64,000 nt of DNA from Myxococcota bacterium (GCA_963674735.2 CAXXQS010000002.1:1728001-1792000); one strand, 5' to 3'; counted from the first letter of the stretch, positions 39,468 through 49,699 are shown. The notes: generated from the sequence alone by a model not told the origin. Numbers and translations: made by a program.

Positions 39468-41414
39468 GTGGCGGTTGGGCATACACAGGCGGGAGCGGTT
39501 TTGGAAGCAGGCAGTACGGGTGAGGCCTTTCTCGCTTTCTGCCGGGAAAACCTGCAAGAGGCCGATCGGCTGCGCAGCCGTTTGAAAGAGGGTAACGCTT
39601 CCTCCGAGGTCGCGACGCTGGATTTGTACAATCGGATGGAAGAATGCCTGCAGGATGTGCAGGAATTCGCATCCTTGGCTCAAAGCGTGCATCCGGTCAA
39701 GGAGGTGCGCAAGGCCGGTGAAACCGCCGAGCAGGAGGCCGTCGCCTTGTCGTCCGAGATCGGGCTCGACCACGAATTGTATGCTGTTCTGGCGGCGCTC
39801 GATTCGACTGCGGCTGAGCTGGATGCCGATGCGCGCCGGACCCTTGAAAAGTCCTTGCGCGATTTCAAACGTGCCGGGGTCGACCGCGACGAAGCCACGC
39901 GCCGGAAAGTGCGTGAGCTGAACGAACGCATCACCAAGCTGGGCCAGACCTTTTCGCGCAACATCCGCGAGGATTCGCGCACGATCGAGCTTGCCGATGC
40001 CGCCGAACTCGCCGGAATGCCGGACGATTTCATCAGCGCGCACAAGCCCGGCGACGACGGCCGCATCCGTATCAGCACCGACCACGCGGACTTCATTCCC
40101 ATCATGAGTTACGCCGAAAACGACGCGTTACGCGAAGGCCTGTTTCGCGAGCGCAGCAACATCGGTTATCCCGCCAATGGCGAGGTGCTCGAAGCGCTCA
40201 TCGCCGCCCGCAACGAGTTGGCGCAGACCCTCGGTTATCCCAGTTACGCCGCGTATGCCACCGAGGAATTGATGATTCAAGACACGGCAAAGGCTCGAAC
40301 ATTCATCGAACGAGTCGCGGAACTGGCCGCCCCGGCGGGCGGGCGCGATCTGGCGATTCTACTCGACCGCAAACGGGCGGGCGACACGGGGGCCGAGGCG
40401 GTCATGCCTTGGGAAAGCGCCTACCTCACCCGCTTGGAGAAAGCTGAGCGTTTCAACTACAATCCGGCCGAAGCACGCCGCTATTTCGATGTCGAGAAGG
40501 TGACGGCCGGGATTCTGGATCTGAGCGCCGATCTGTTCGGGGTGGCTTTCGAGCTTGAAGCCGAGGCTCCACGCTGGCACGAAGATGTACGGGTTTATGC
40601 CGTTTCCGAAAACGGCGAAGCCATCGGCCGTATTTATCTCGACCTTCATCCGCGCGACAACAAGTTCAAGCACGCCGCCATGTTTTCCATGACCGCCTAC
40701 AACGACCGCTTGCCCGAGGGAGCCATCGTCACCAACTTCCCCGACCCGAAAAAGTCGGAAGGTCCGGCGTTGATGGAGCATAGCGAGGTGACGACCTACT
40801 TCCACGAATTCGGACACTTGCTGCACTTCATTTTCTCGGGACGGCAGAAGTGGGTGCGGCTCGGTATGGTGGCGGAATGGGATTTCGTCGAGGTGCCTTC
40901 ACAGCTTTTCGAGGAATGGGCCTGGGATGCGCAGGTTTTGCAGCGCTTCGCCACCGATCCCGACGGCGCGGTCATTCCGGCCGATCTGGTGGAACGCATG
41001 CGCGACGCCAAAGATTTCGGGCGCGGCATTCATTCACGCCAGCAGATGTACTATGCCATGCTGGCTCTGACCCTCTACACGGACGATCCGGCGACGCTGG
41101 ATCTACGTGCCGTGGTGGACGGTCTGCAGGCGCAATACAGTCCTTTCCCGGTGATCGAAGATACGCATTTCGAATGCGGCTTCGGGCATCTGTATGGCTA
41201 TTCGTCCAATTATTACACCTACATGTGGTCCCTGGTGATCGCCATGGATCTCTTCGCCAACATCCGCGAAAGGGGTATGGCCGACCGCGCGGTGGCGCTC
41301 AATTACCGGCGCAAAGTGCTCGAACCGGGTGGTGCAAAGGACGGCGCGCAACTCGTCCGCGATTTTTTGGGCCGGGACTTCAGTTTCGAGGCGTTTGAGG
41401 AGTGGCTAAGCTGA
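39468..41414 (+). CDS. M3A family (thimet-like) oligopeptidase
   Basis: YLDLHPRDNK, FHEFGH, WDFVEVPSQLFEEW, FGHLYGYSSNYYTYMWS; GTG after AAGGAGG. Confidence 0.92.
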   Translation: MAVGHTQAGAVLEAGSTGEAFLAFCRENLQEADRLRSRLKEGNASSEVATLDLYNRMEECLQDVQEFASLAQSVHPVKEVRKAGETAEQEAVALSSEIGLDHELYAVLAALDSTAAELDADARRTLEKSLRDFKRAGVDRDEATRRKVRELNERITKLGQTFSRNIREDSRTIELADAAELAGMPDDFISAHKPGDDGRIRISTDHADFIPIMSYAENDALREGLFRERSNIGYPANGEVLEALIAARNELAQTLGYPSYAAYATEELMIQDTAKARTFIERVAELAAPAGGRDLAILLDRKRAGDTGAEAVMPWESAYLTRLEKAERFNYNPAEARRYFDVEKVTAGILDLSADLFGVAFELEAEAPRWHEDVRVYAVSENGEAIGRIYLDLHPRDNKFKHAAMFSMTAYNDRLPEGAIVTNFPDPKKSEGPALMEHSEVTTYFHEFGHLLHFIFSGRQKWVRLGMVAEWDFVEVPSQLFEEWAWDAQVLQRFATDPDGAVIPADLVERMRDAKDFGRGIHSRQQMYYAMLALTLYTDDPATLDLRAVVDGLQAQYSPFPVIEDTHFECGFGHLYGYSSNYYTYMWSLVIAMDLFANIRERGMADRAVALNYRRKVLEPGGAKDGAQLVRDFLGRDFSFEAFEEWLS

Positions 41415-41445
41415 AAGAAGGGAGCGCGACTGACGGAAACAGCGG

Positions 41446-42654
41446 TCAGTCGCCTTTCTTTTCTTCCGATCGGTCGGTGGGGCAGGGCTCGATAAGCACC
41501 GGTGGACCGTTCGGGTCGGTTCCAACGCGTAAGGTCAGTTCACCCCGTGCGAAATCCCACAGTTTTTTACCCACCAGACGACCGCGCCAGCCTTTCATCG
41601 ACGGCAGGTCGGGACGCCGGGAGCTTTCGGCTGCGGCTCGGCAGAGCTCTTCCACCTCTTCGGCGCGGGCGACCAGTCCCGGCGCGATGCCGGCTTGCGT
41701 GGCCAGGACTTCCAGAGCCAGCTTGACCACCGGCGCGCGCGAGGAACTGCGTTCGCGATTGCTGTGTCGACGACGAGGGTTCGGGAGGTGGTCGTCGGGC
41801 AGGTTGCGGGCGGCCTGGCAGATGTCCGTGAGGATCGCGCCATAGCGTTTGACGGCTTTGTCCGAGACCAGGCGCAGATTTTTGAGATCGTTGCGGCTTT
41901 GCGGTTGCTGCTCACAGACCGCTATCAAGGCTTCGTCACTCATGACCTGGCGGCGCGGGATATTGCGTTCGACGGCAGTCTCTTCACGCCAGACGATCAA
42001 TTGGCGCAAGGCGGCCCGTTGGCGGGCGGACAGGCGCGGCTTGTCGAGTATTTTTTTAAAGCGTGCATCGATATTGATCGGCTGGGTCCATTGAGTCGAG
42101 CGCAGGACCATTTCCTCTTCGAACACCCGCCATCGCTTGAGCCGGTTCAAGCGTTTGCTGAGCGTTTGAGCCGCCTCTTCAAGGTGAATGACATCTTCGG
42201 CGGCATACTTCAGCTGCTTGTCGTTGAGCGGGCGTTTGAGCCAGTCGGATACCTGCTGCCCTTTACTGAGTCGCTGGCCGGTCAGGCGGCGGATCAAGGT
42301 CGAGAGGCCGACGCTTTCGCCGAGACCGCAAAAAGCGGCCGCCAACTGGGTATCGAAGACATTCGTCAGCGTGATACCGGTGGCGCGTTTGAGAATCTGG
42401 ATGTCGATTCCACCGTCGTGAACGATGATTTTCGAATCGGGATTGGCCAAGGCTTCTCCCAAGCCGTTCAAAGCTTTGACGGCTAGCGGATCGATCAGGT
42501 AGGTTTGTCCATTTACGGCGATCTGAATCAGCGCCAGCGTGGGGAAGTAGCTGTGGTCGCCGACGAACTCGGTATCAAGGGCAATGAAGGTCGCTCTCGA
42601 AAGAGTGTCGCACAAAGATTTCAGGTCGTTGGTATTATCGATATAGATCGCCAT
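41446..42654 (-). CDS. rnd: Ribonuclease D (DEDDy exonuclease + HRDC)
   Basis: ALDTEF, FDTQLAA, SDWLKRPL...YAAEDV, WREETAVERNIPRRQV. Confidence 0.9.
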   Translation of the reverse strand: MAIYIDNTNDLKSLCDTLSRATFIALDTEFVGDHSYFPTLALIQIAVNGQTYLIDPLAVKALNGLGEALANPDSKIIVHDGGIDIQILKRATGITLTNVFDTQLAAAFCGLGESVGLSTLIRRLTGQRLSKGQQVSDWLKRPLNDKQLKYAAEDVIHLEEAAQTLSKRLNRLKRWRVFEEEMVLRSTQWTQPINIDARFKKILDKPRLSARQRAALRQLIVWREETAVERNIPRRQVMSDEALIAVCEQQPQSRNDLKNLRLVSDKAVKRYGAILTDICQAARNLPDDHLPNPRRRHSNRERSSSRAPVVKLALEVLATQAGIAPGLVARAEEVEELCRAAAESSRRPDLPSMKGWRGRLVGKKLWDFARGELTLRVGTDPNGPPVLIEPCPTDRSEEKKGD

Positions 42655-42848
42655 GGGAACTCCAGAAAAAACGCGGGTGCACGACGGATTCGGCACGGGA
42701 ATGGCAGGGACTATATGCCAGTCTCTTGGGAATTGTCAACGGAGAAGATAGGTCTGCGGTTTCTGACGGGTATCCGAAATGAAAACAGGCACAATCTTAT
42801 GTGTGGGAGTAGGATAAAAGTTCCGAGAAACGGATCGAGCCATTTCGA

Positions 42849-43040
42849 TCAATCGTCGAACACTTTGTCTTTATCTTTGACGGTCAATCCAAGCGCTTCG
42901 AGAATGCGGCGTTTGGTGGCGACGCGACAACTGTATCCCTTCTCGATTCGGTCGATGGTGACGGTGGAAACTCCGGCTTTGCGGGCGAGTTCCGACTTCG
43001 AGATCAGTCTATCTTCCCGAATCTGCTTTAATTTGCTCAT
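42849..43040 (-). CDS. Small XRE-family HTH regulator
   Basis: LKQIREDRLISKSELARKAGVSTVTIDRIEKG. Confidence 0.85.
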   Translation of the reverse strand: MSKLKQIREDRLISKSELARKAGVSTVTIDRIEKGYSCRVATKRRILEALGLTVKDKDKVFDD

Positions 43041-43192
43041 GATATGCCTTGTTCATCCTAGAGAAATTTATACAAAATTTATTAAAACTTAGCTCTCTTT
43101 GCTGTATCTGTCAAGCAAAAAGCACTATCAGTAGCTTACAAAGCAACAGTAGGTTGGCTGGCGGATTCCTATTTGCCATGTATGGGGAGTAG

Positions 43193-43369
43193 GGCGTTTC
43201 AATTCTGATTGAGTCTCGAATTATCTTCGATTGGTGATGGGTGGCACGGGCTAAACCGTCAGGTTTGCCCGTGAAAACAGCATGGGCAAGCCAAAGGCTT
43301 GGCCCATGGCACCCCCTAAGCCGAATTATAGTAGGTGGAAAACGGTGAAAAGCTTAGAATTGAAACGCC
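43193..43369 (+). mobile_element. MITE/REPIN-like element, copy 1 (~177 bp)
   Basis: Terminal IR GGCGTTTCAATTCT...AGAATTGAAACGCC; internal paired hairpins; second inverted copy at 63017-63194. Confidence 0.75.
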
Positions 43370-43491
43370 GTGTATGGGGAGCTATGCGCTTGACAAGTTC
43401 GCCAGGATACCCTACCACCATCAGAGAGAATCGAATCATGATCGGTCAAGCGGGAGGCGAGATAATGAGTTGGCGCGAGGCGGCGGGTTGG

Positions 43492-43941
43492 ATGAAAATC
43501 GGGTGGCGGTGGTTGGTTTTGGTGAGTGTGATCGGTTTGACGGCCTGCTCGTACTGTTCGGAGTCTAGGCCTGATCTGGTTCCGGCTGTTGAGGATTTCT
43601 GGCAGATGCAAGTCGATGGCCGTTTCGAGCTGGCTTATACCCGCTTTTTACCCGCGGCGCTGGAGCGGCTCAAGAGCGACAATCCCGAAATGTTTGCGTC
43701 TCCCGAGCGTTACGCCAAGATGCGTGGCCGTTGGGCGATCAAAAATCCGATCTCCAGTTTTCGCGTATTGGAAACGCGCCTGGATTCCGATGGCTTGACC
43801 GGTCGGGTGAAAATCGGGTTGGTGATCCATGGCCGCGACGAGGCGCTGACGTTGATCCAGCATTGGCGTTTGGATAAACCGTCGAATCAATGGCGTATCG
43901 ATCGGCCCGCCGTAAAAACAGCTGGCGTCGTCGCCCCATAA
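43492..43941 (+). CDS. Hypothetical lipoprotein
   Basis: MKIGWRWLVLVSVIGLTAC lipobox; the longer ORF-track start lies inside the MITE. Confidence 0.65.
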   Translation: MKIGWRWLVLVSVIGLTACSYCSESRPDLVPAVEDFWQMQVDGRFELAYTRFLPAALERLKSDNPEMFASPERYAKMRGRWAIKNPISSFRVLETRLDSDGLTGRVKIGLVIHGRDEALTLIQHWRLDKPSNQWRIDRPAVKTAGVVAP

Positions 43942-44005
43942 ACGATCCCGACCATAACCTGTGGGTGCGCTGTCGCCCGGATGGATTCAGCTGAATGAGG
44001 GAGCG

Positions 44006-45127
44006 ATGAAACAGATTTTCACACCTTGGAACTTCGGATCGTTGACCTTGCCCAACCGGTTGATCCGTTCGGCCACCTGGGAAGGCATGGCCGATCGCGA
44101 CGGTCTGGCCGGGGATCGCCTAGTTCATCTTTACCGGCGCTTGGCCGAAGGCGGAGTGGGGTTGATCATCACCGGTTACGCTTATGTGCGTCCCGAAGGC
44201 AAGAGCACACCGGGGCAACTCGGCATCTATTCCGACCGGCACATTCCGGGGCTGGCGCGCATTGCGGAGGCGGTGCATGCCGCGGGTGGACGGGCCATCG
44301 TGCAGATCGTCCACGGTGGCGGGCAGTGCCAACCCGCCGTAAGCGGCGCTTCGGAAACGCTGGCGCCCTCGGCCTTGTCCTATCCGCCCCACGCTACCGT
44401 GGCGCGCGCCATTACGCCGGACGAAATCCCGGTACTGGTGGAGGCTTTCGCCGACGCGGCCCGGCGTGCAATGGCCGCGGGTTTCGACGGAGTACAGATC
44501 CACGGTGCTCACGGCTATCTCATCAGCCGGTTTCTATCGCCGAAAAGTAACCGGCGCGACGACAGGTACGGGGGTGATGCGGTCGCCCGCGCCCGTTTCG
44601 GCCTGGAAATCGTCCAGGCGGTACGGCGCGCCATCGGCGATGCGCCTTTGTCGATGAAACTCAATGGCTCGGACTTCGAGGACGGCGGTCTGGAATTGGA
44701 TGAGGCGCTGGCGGCCGCCAAACTGTATGCGCAGGCTGGACTCGATCATCTGGAGATATCGGGCGGAACCCCTGCGGCGGGCAAACTGGCTGCGGCACGA
44801 CCCGGTATCCGGCAACCCGACCAGGAAGCCTATTTCCGTTCGCAGGCGGCGGCGATCAAGGGTGCGGTAGCGATTCCGACCGGTATCGTCGGAGGCATCC
44901 GCTCGATCAACGTGGCGGAGAACCTGGTGGCCAGCGGCGATGCCGATACGGTGTCGTTGTGTCGTCCCCTGATCTGCGAACCGCATCTGCCCGCTCGCTG
45001 GTTAAGCGGCGACGAACGGCCGTCCATATGTAAAAGCGATAGCGGGTGTGCGCTTGCGGCGCGTAAAGGCGGCGTCACCTGCGTTATCCACGAGTTGGAT
45101 GAACTGTTCGGGGTGCCGGAGGAGTAG
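44006..45127 (+). CDS. NADH:flavin oxidoreductase (old yellow enzyme family)
   Basis: PNRLIRSATWE, AGFDGVQIHGAHGYLISRFLSP, NRRDDRYGG. Confidence 0.92.
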   Translation: MKQIFTPWNFGSLTLPNRLIRSATWEGMADRDGLAGDRLVHLYRRLAEGGVGLIITGYAYVRPEGKSTPGQLGIYSDRHIPGLARIAEAVHAAGGRAIVQIVHGGGQCQPAVSGASETLAPSALSYPPHATVARAITPDEIPVLVEAFADAARRAMAAGFDGVQIHGAHGYLISRFLSPKSNRRDDRYGGDAVARARFGLEIVQAVRRAIGDAPLSMKLNGSDFEDGGLELDEALAAAKLYAQAGLDHLEISGGTPAAGKLAAARPGIRQPDQEAYFRSQAAAIKGAVAIPTGIVGGIRSINVAENLVASGDADTVSLCRPLICEPHLPARWLSGDERPSICKSDSGCALAARKGGVTCVIHELDELFGVPEE

Positions 45128-45161
45128 TCGTTCGGAATACCTGTTTCCAACCCATTCCACT

Positions 45162-46244
45162 TCACGGGATTGGCGGGATCTCGGGGGCTTGATCGGCGAA
45201 CAGCAGCGCCTGTTCGATGATGCCGTCGCGCTCGAAAACCGCCGCGATCTCCTTGGCCAGCGTCAGATGTCCGATCTCCGAGAGTGTCCAGCCGCCGGGG
45301 GTGTACAGCTCGAAGCGGTCGGCCAGTCGTCGGAAACTGGGCAGCAGATCCACCGCCATCAGCCGGTGGCGACGCACCAGCATGTGCAGCGTTCGGTTGG
45401 GGAGAGCGCCGTCGAGGCGGTCGGGACTCAGGCCTTCCGCCAGGGCGCGGCGTTTGAGGCGGTCGGGATCGGTTTGGATCTGGGCGGGGATGACGGCCAG
45501 CACCCAGGGCAGCCGGGCGACGCGGCAGGCGCGGTCGAGTTGCGTGATCCACTCGGGAAGATCCGTGAGACCGTCGCCGGAGTCTGATGTTTGAAGATGC
45601 ACGGTAGCCGGTCCGCCGTCGGGCAGGCCGGGGGCGGGGCTTAGCGCGGTCCAGAGGGCCGAGAGCTTGGCCAGCTTGGCATCCAGGCCTTGGCGCGGTC
45701 TGGCGCCGATGCTTCCGGCGTCCCCACCGGGGTCCAGATCGGTGGCCAGTGACGTGACCACCAACAGCAGGTCGGGTTTGAGTTCCGGGCTCAGAGCCTT
45801 GACGGCGGAAAGATAATTCGGCCAGCCCCAACCGGGAGCGGAGGCGGATTGCAGGTCTATTTTCACGGGCTTGACCGATTCAGCCAGAAGACCCCCCAAC
45901 ATGCCTGCGGCGGTTTCGTGATAGGCATGATCGGATCCCAGCCACATTTCATCACCCACGGCCAGGATGCGGAAGGTGTCGTCCGGTTTGGGTTCGACGG
46001 GTTCGGGGCTGCGCAGGCCGAGTCGGTTGGTGGCGAGTGTGACCGGTCCGTTTACACCGGCCAGGGACAGATTCAATCCGGGTTGCAGGCCGTAACCGAT
46101 GACGGGTCGGGGAGCGCAACCGGGAGGCAGGGATGGTCCGCTCAGGCGCAGGCCGATTTCGGCGCAGATCAAGAGAGTGGCAAGCAGGATTCCGGCGATG
46201 AGGGCGCGCCGCCGGGGTCGGTTGGATCGGCGTTCGCGTGTCAT
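45162..46244 (-). CDS. Membrane-anchored SGNH/GDSL-like protein (catalytic motifs degenerate)
   Basis: TNRLGLR...FRILAVGDE, KPDLLLVV, VDLLPSFR. Confidence 0.65.
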   Translation of the reverse strand: MTRERRSNRPRRRALIAGILLATLLICAEIGLRLSGPSLPPGCAPRPVIGYGLQPGLNLSLAGVNGPVTLATNRLGLRSPEPVEPKPDDTFRILAVGDEMWLGSDHAYHETAAGMLGGLLAESVKPVKIDLQSASAPGWGWPNYLSAVKALSPELKPDLLLVVTSLATDLDPGGDAGSIGARPRQGLDAKLAKLSALWTALSPAPGLPDGGPATVHLQTSDSGDGLTDLPEWITQLDRACRVARLPWVLAVIPAQIQTDPDRLKRRALAEGLSPDRLDGALPNRTLHMLVRRHRLMAVDLLPSFRRLADRFELYTPGGWTLSEIGHLTLAKEIAAVFERDGIIEQALLFADQAPEIPPIP

Positions 46245-46939
46245 GCCTCTTCTCCTTTGCTCCGCCAACGTTGGCTTTGGCGGGTTTCCACCGCCAACCG
46301 GGCCAGTTCGTCGGCGCGTTCGTTTTCCGGCACCCCCGCATGACCCTTCACTTTGATGATCTCGAGGTTCTTGAAACGTGCCAGTTCCTGGCGGATCGTT
46401 GCAACCAGTTCGGGATTCTTTTTGGCTTTCCAGCCTTTGGTGAGAACCCCCAACGCATAGGCGGAATCGGTGAACAGCCTCACCGGTGTGCGCGGATCGG
46501 TGACAGCCTGGAGGCCGAGGCGGATCGCTTCCAATTCGGCGATATTGTTGGTGGCTTTACCGAGATATTCCGAAATTTCCAGGCGGCTGCCGCGATAGCT
46601 GAGCACCGCACCGCTCCCCGCATCGCCGGGATTGCCCGAGCAGGCTCCGTCGGTCCAGATGTCAAGCTGGGTGCCATCGGCTTTCACGGTGGAACGGCTT
46701 GGTGTCTCGGCGGTGGCGGATGCGCGGTTGGGTTTTTTCGCCGGGGTCGCGGTTTTGGGCGGCGTTTTCGGAGGCGGATCGTCGAGCTCGCGGATGTTGG
46801 CGGGCGAGGCCTTGTACACGCGCGGATCGTCGGGCTTGTAACACACCTCCACGCGGCCGTTTTCCATGATCGGGCGGTCTGTATCGTCGACGCGCACATA
46901 GGCTTTGCTCGCTTTGAACCAGACGCGTTTCCAGGGCAT
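46241..46939 (-). CDS. rnhA: Ribonuclease HI with N-terminal extension
   Basis: WTDGACSGNPG, TNNIAELEAI, TDSAY, KVKGHAG..ENERADELA. Confidence 0.93.
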   Translation of the reverse strand: MPWKRVWFKASKAYVRVDDTDRPIMENGRVEVCYKPDDPRVYKASPANIRELDDPPPKTPPKTATPAKKPNRASATAETPSRSTVKADGTQLDIWTDGACSGNPGDAGSGAVLSYRGSRLEISEYLGKATNNIAELEAIRLGLQAVTDPRTPVRLFTDSAYALGVLTKGWKAKKNPELVATIRQELARFKNLEIIKVKGHAGVPENERADELARLAVETRQSQRWRSKGEEA

Positions 46940-47937
46940 CAGGGGGTATCCTCCTCGGCGGACCCCGGGAGATCCGTCGCGTTTTCCAGGGTTCGCAGTC
47001 GTTCGATGCCGGTGGCCGGTGGATAGAATCCGCCTTTCAGGCCTTCCTGCTGCAGCAAGCCTCGAACGAAGCGTTCATCGTAAATCAACAACATGGCCAA
47101 CACCCGCTCCAGGCGTTCGAGCAGCTTCCGCTCGCGTGCGGTGCTCCGATCGATCGCTTCGGCGAAGGTGGCAAGCTGGGCGTCGACGCGTTCCAGGCTG
47201 CCGGGAGTGAGGGTGGCCAGCTCGGTTTGAAGCGCGGCAATGGCGCTGTGTGTACGGCGGATACGGGTTGTCAGCGTATCGAGTCGCTCGGGCCAGGACG
47301 CGGCTGTCGTGAGATCCGTCTTCGTCAGACGGGTGAGTGCGCGCGCCGTTTTTCGCAGGTGGCCGCCGATTCGTCCGAGACCCTCCAATGTCTGGCGACC
47401 CTTTCCGGCGAGTTGCGCCAGACGGTCCGGGTCGTAGTCGCAGGTTTCGATCCAATCGGCCAGCGTGAGCAATTCGCGCAGCAGACCGTCTTGCCCTTGC
47501 AGTAAGTCGGCCGCCTGTGCTCCGATTTCGTCGGGCATCACGGGCGAGGCCAGGGTGGGCAGCTCGCTGTTATCGGGTAGCGGGGCGGCGTTTGCGGGGC
47601 CGGGTTTCAGTTCGATGAAACGACCGCCCAGAAAGGTTTTGGTGCGTAGTCTGGCGCGGGTGCCGTGAGTCAGCGAAACGCTGCGGTCGAGTGCGAGCGT
47701 CAGGCGGGCGCGCCCGTTGTCGGCTCGCATCCCGGCCACATAGCCGATCCCGACGCCGTTGAGGCGGACGGGATTGCCGATGGTGAGACCGGTGACGTTT
47801 TCGAAGACCGCTTCGACGCGGCGGGCGGAAGTCTGCCCGTCGGCTTCGCGCAGGAAAGTGGCGAAAAACAAGACCGCACAAACGCTCAGCATCACCAGTC
47901 CGGTGATCAGCGCTTTGTCCGAAGCGGCGGTTGCCAT
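46939..47937 (-). CDS. MCE/MlaD family protein
   Basis: FENVTGLTIGNPVRLNGVGIGYV, TFLGGRFIELKPG, helical tail. Confidence 0.8.
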   Translation of the reverse strand: MATAASDKALITGLVMLSVCAVLFFATFLREADGQTSARRVEAVFENVTGLTIGNPVRLNGVGIGYVAGMRADNGRARLTLALDRSVSLTHGTRARLRTKTFLGGRFIELKPGPANAAPLPDNSELPTLASPVMPDEIGAQAADLLQGQDGLLRELLTLADWIETCDYDPDRLAQLAGKGRQTLEGLGRIGGHLRKTARALTRLTKTDLTTAASWPERLDTLTTRIRRTHSAIAALQTELATLTPGSLERVDAQLATFAEAIDRSTARERKLLERLERVLAMLLIYDERFVRGLLQQEGLKGGFYPPATGIERLRTLENATDLPGSAEEDTP

Positions 47938-48040
47938 AAGCCGGGATCCTTCCCCTGGTCGTTGGTGAAACAAAAAAACGGGCCGGAGCCTTTATACCCG
48001 CTCCGACCCGTTCGATGCAAGAGACTGCTTTACCAGAGGA

Positions 48041-49201
48041 TTATTTGCCTGCCTCCGGTTTGGTTTTGATCAGGGGTTTGAGCGGCATCTTTTTGACTTT
48101 CAAATTGCCCGGACCTTTTTTACCCGCAGAGACGGAGGCGTTGAAGAAAACCGGCAGTTCGAAGGTCGGCTGGTCTTTCCGGTCGGTGGTGATGACGACG
48201 CGGGTGCTGAAGTTTTTGCCGAGTTTTTTTCCGGCTTCGCTCAGCGCCACCTTGATGGCGTATTCGCGTTTCTTCGTAATCGTTTCCACCGTTACGGTCA
48301 ATTTGCCGTCGGGATCTTCGGCCTTGATCAACTTGAACGGCTGCTTCTGGCTTTTGAGGATCACCGTGCGCGAACTGTCTTTGTTTGAGCTTTTGCGCAG
48401 GGTCAGCCGTTTGGGTTTCAGACCGATATCGCCCTCGATATTGGCCCAGGTGCGCAATTCGATAGTCGGCAGCTTGGGATGGTTGGTCTTGACGCGCACT
48501 TTGCCGTGCAAACTACCTGTTTTCGCCGGTTTGTAAGTGAGTTCGAGATCGAACACCTTTTTGCCGTCGGCATCTTTCGATTCGACGACTTTCCCGTCCA
48601 TGCCGGGCAACGTGGATGTCACTTCGCCAAACGACACTTTTTCGGGGTTTTTGACCGAGATACGTTCCTTGCGCTTGATTGTTTCACCCACTTTGATGGT
48701 GCCCATGCGCAGGAAGCTCTTTTCGAAACCGACATCCACGACAACGTCGGCTTTGAGGGTCAAACGGACAACGGCGTTTGTCGGATCGTTGGTTTTAACG
48801 GTAACGGTTTTCGTGATTTTCCCCTGCCGCCCGGCAGTGGAGAGACTGACATCGATTTTTCCTTCCCCACCCGGGGGAACGTCCGCCTTGGAAGCAATGA
48901 CGGCGGTGCAGCCTCAAGATCCTTTGGCACTCAGAATCTTCAGATTCTCGGTGCCTTCATTCTTGAGTTTGAACGAGTACTCGGCCTTTTGGTCGCGCGG
49001 CACATCGCCGAAATCGTGTTCCAGTTCGGCGAAGACCACCTTGGCAGCCGAACCGCTGGGCGCGGCTTTTTGCGAGTCGGTCCCGATGGCGGCAGTGGTG
49101 TCGGACGGCTGGTCCGTCGACTGACCGCTGTCGCATCCGACCGCGAGCGCCAAAACGGCCATGGCCGCGAGCGCGATCAGCCACAAGAGGGTGCGTTGCA
49201 T
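48041..49201 (-). CDS. DUF1573 Ig-like lipoprotein with an in-frame UGA (probable selenocysteine, S-U-G-C)
   Basis: Lipobox AVGC; HDFGDV...FKLKNEG...KGS-TGA(48914-48916)-GCTA...PPGGEGKI...KTVTVKTNDP continues in frame into the 48041-48763 ORF. Confidence 0.75.
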
Positions 49202-49357
49202 GAAAACTCCTTTCATCCGGGCGAAGCCGTGCCAGCTTCGAGGTTGATTTTCGAAGCTTTTACCTGTAGCACAGTCTATGGCGGCGGGCAAGGAAAGCTT
49301 GCATCTTCCCTTGGGAAACGCTACCTTAACGTGCTTTTGCTCGATGAAGGAGGATTT

Positions 49358-49699
49358 ATGCGAGCTTATATTATCGGACTAATAACAATTCTATCCCTGT
49401 CCCTTGTCGGGTGCCAGAAATGCGAGGAACCCGAGGCCGCGAATAAGGCGATCGACGTACCTAAACAGCTGAAAATCGTCGATTCCGGCAAAACACCGAA
49501 GGGAACTTTTCCTCTGATTCATATCTGGAGGGATCCCAGCCCGCGCAAACGGGCTTGCTCGGTCAAACCGAATACGCCCGCCGAACATTTGGGTCATCGC
49601 AAGGTGAAGGACGATCACTGGATCAAAGTGAAAACCGAGAAGTGCAGCGGCTGGATTCGTTCGAAACACGTGCGGCCGCAAAATTCAAATAATCCGTAA
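49358..49699 (+). CDS. Small lipoprotein, SH3-like C-terminus
   Basis: AAGGAGG RBS; lipobox LVGC; WIKVK...SGWIRSKHV. Confidence 0.7.
   Translation: MRAYIIGLITILSLSLVGCQKCEEPEAANKAIDVPKQLKIVDSGKTPKGTFPLIHIWRDPSPRKRACSVKPNTPAEHLGHRKVKDDHWIKVKTEKCSGWIRSKHVRPQNSNNP

Noticed and set aside
48479-49357. 406-aa plus-strand ORF 48479-49699
   Set aside because: Only 49358-49699 has an RBS and lipobox; the upstream part is antisense to the DUF1573 gene.
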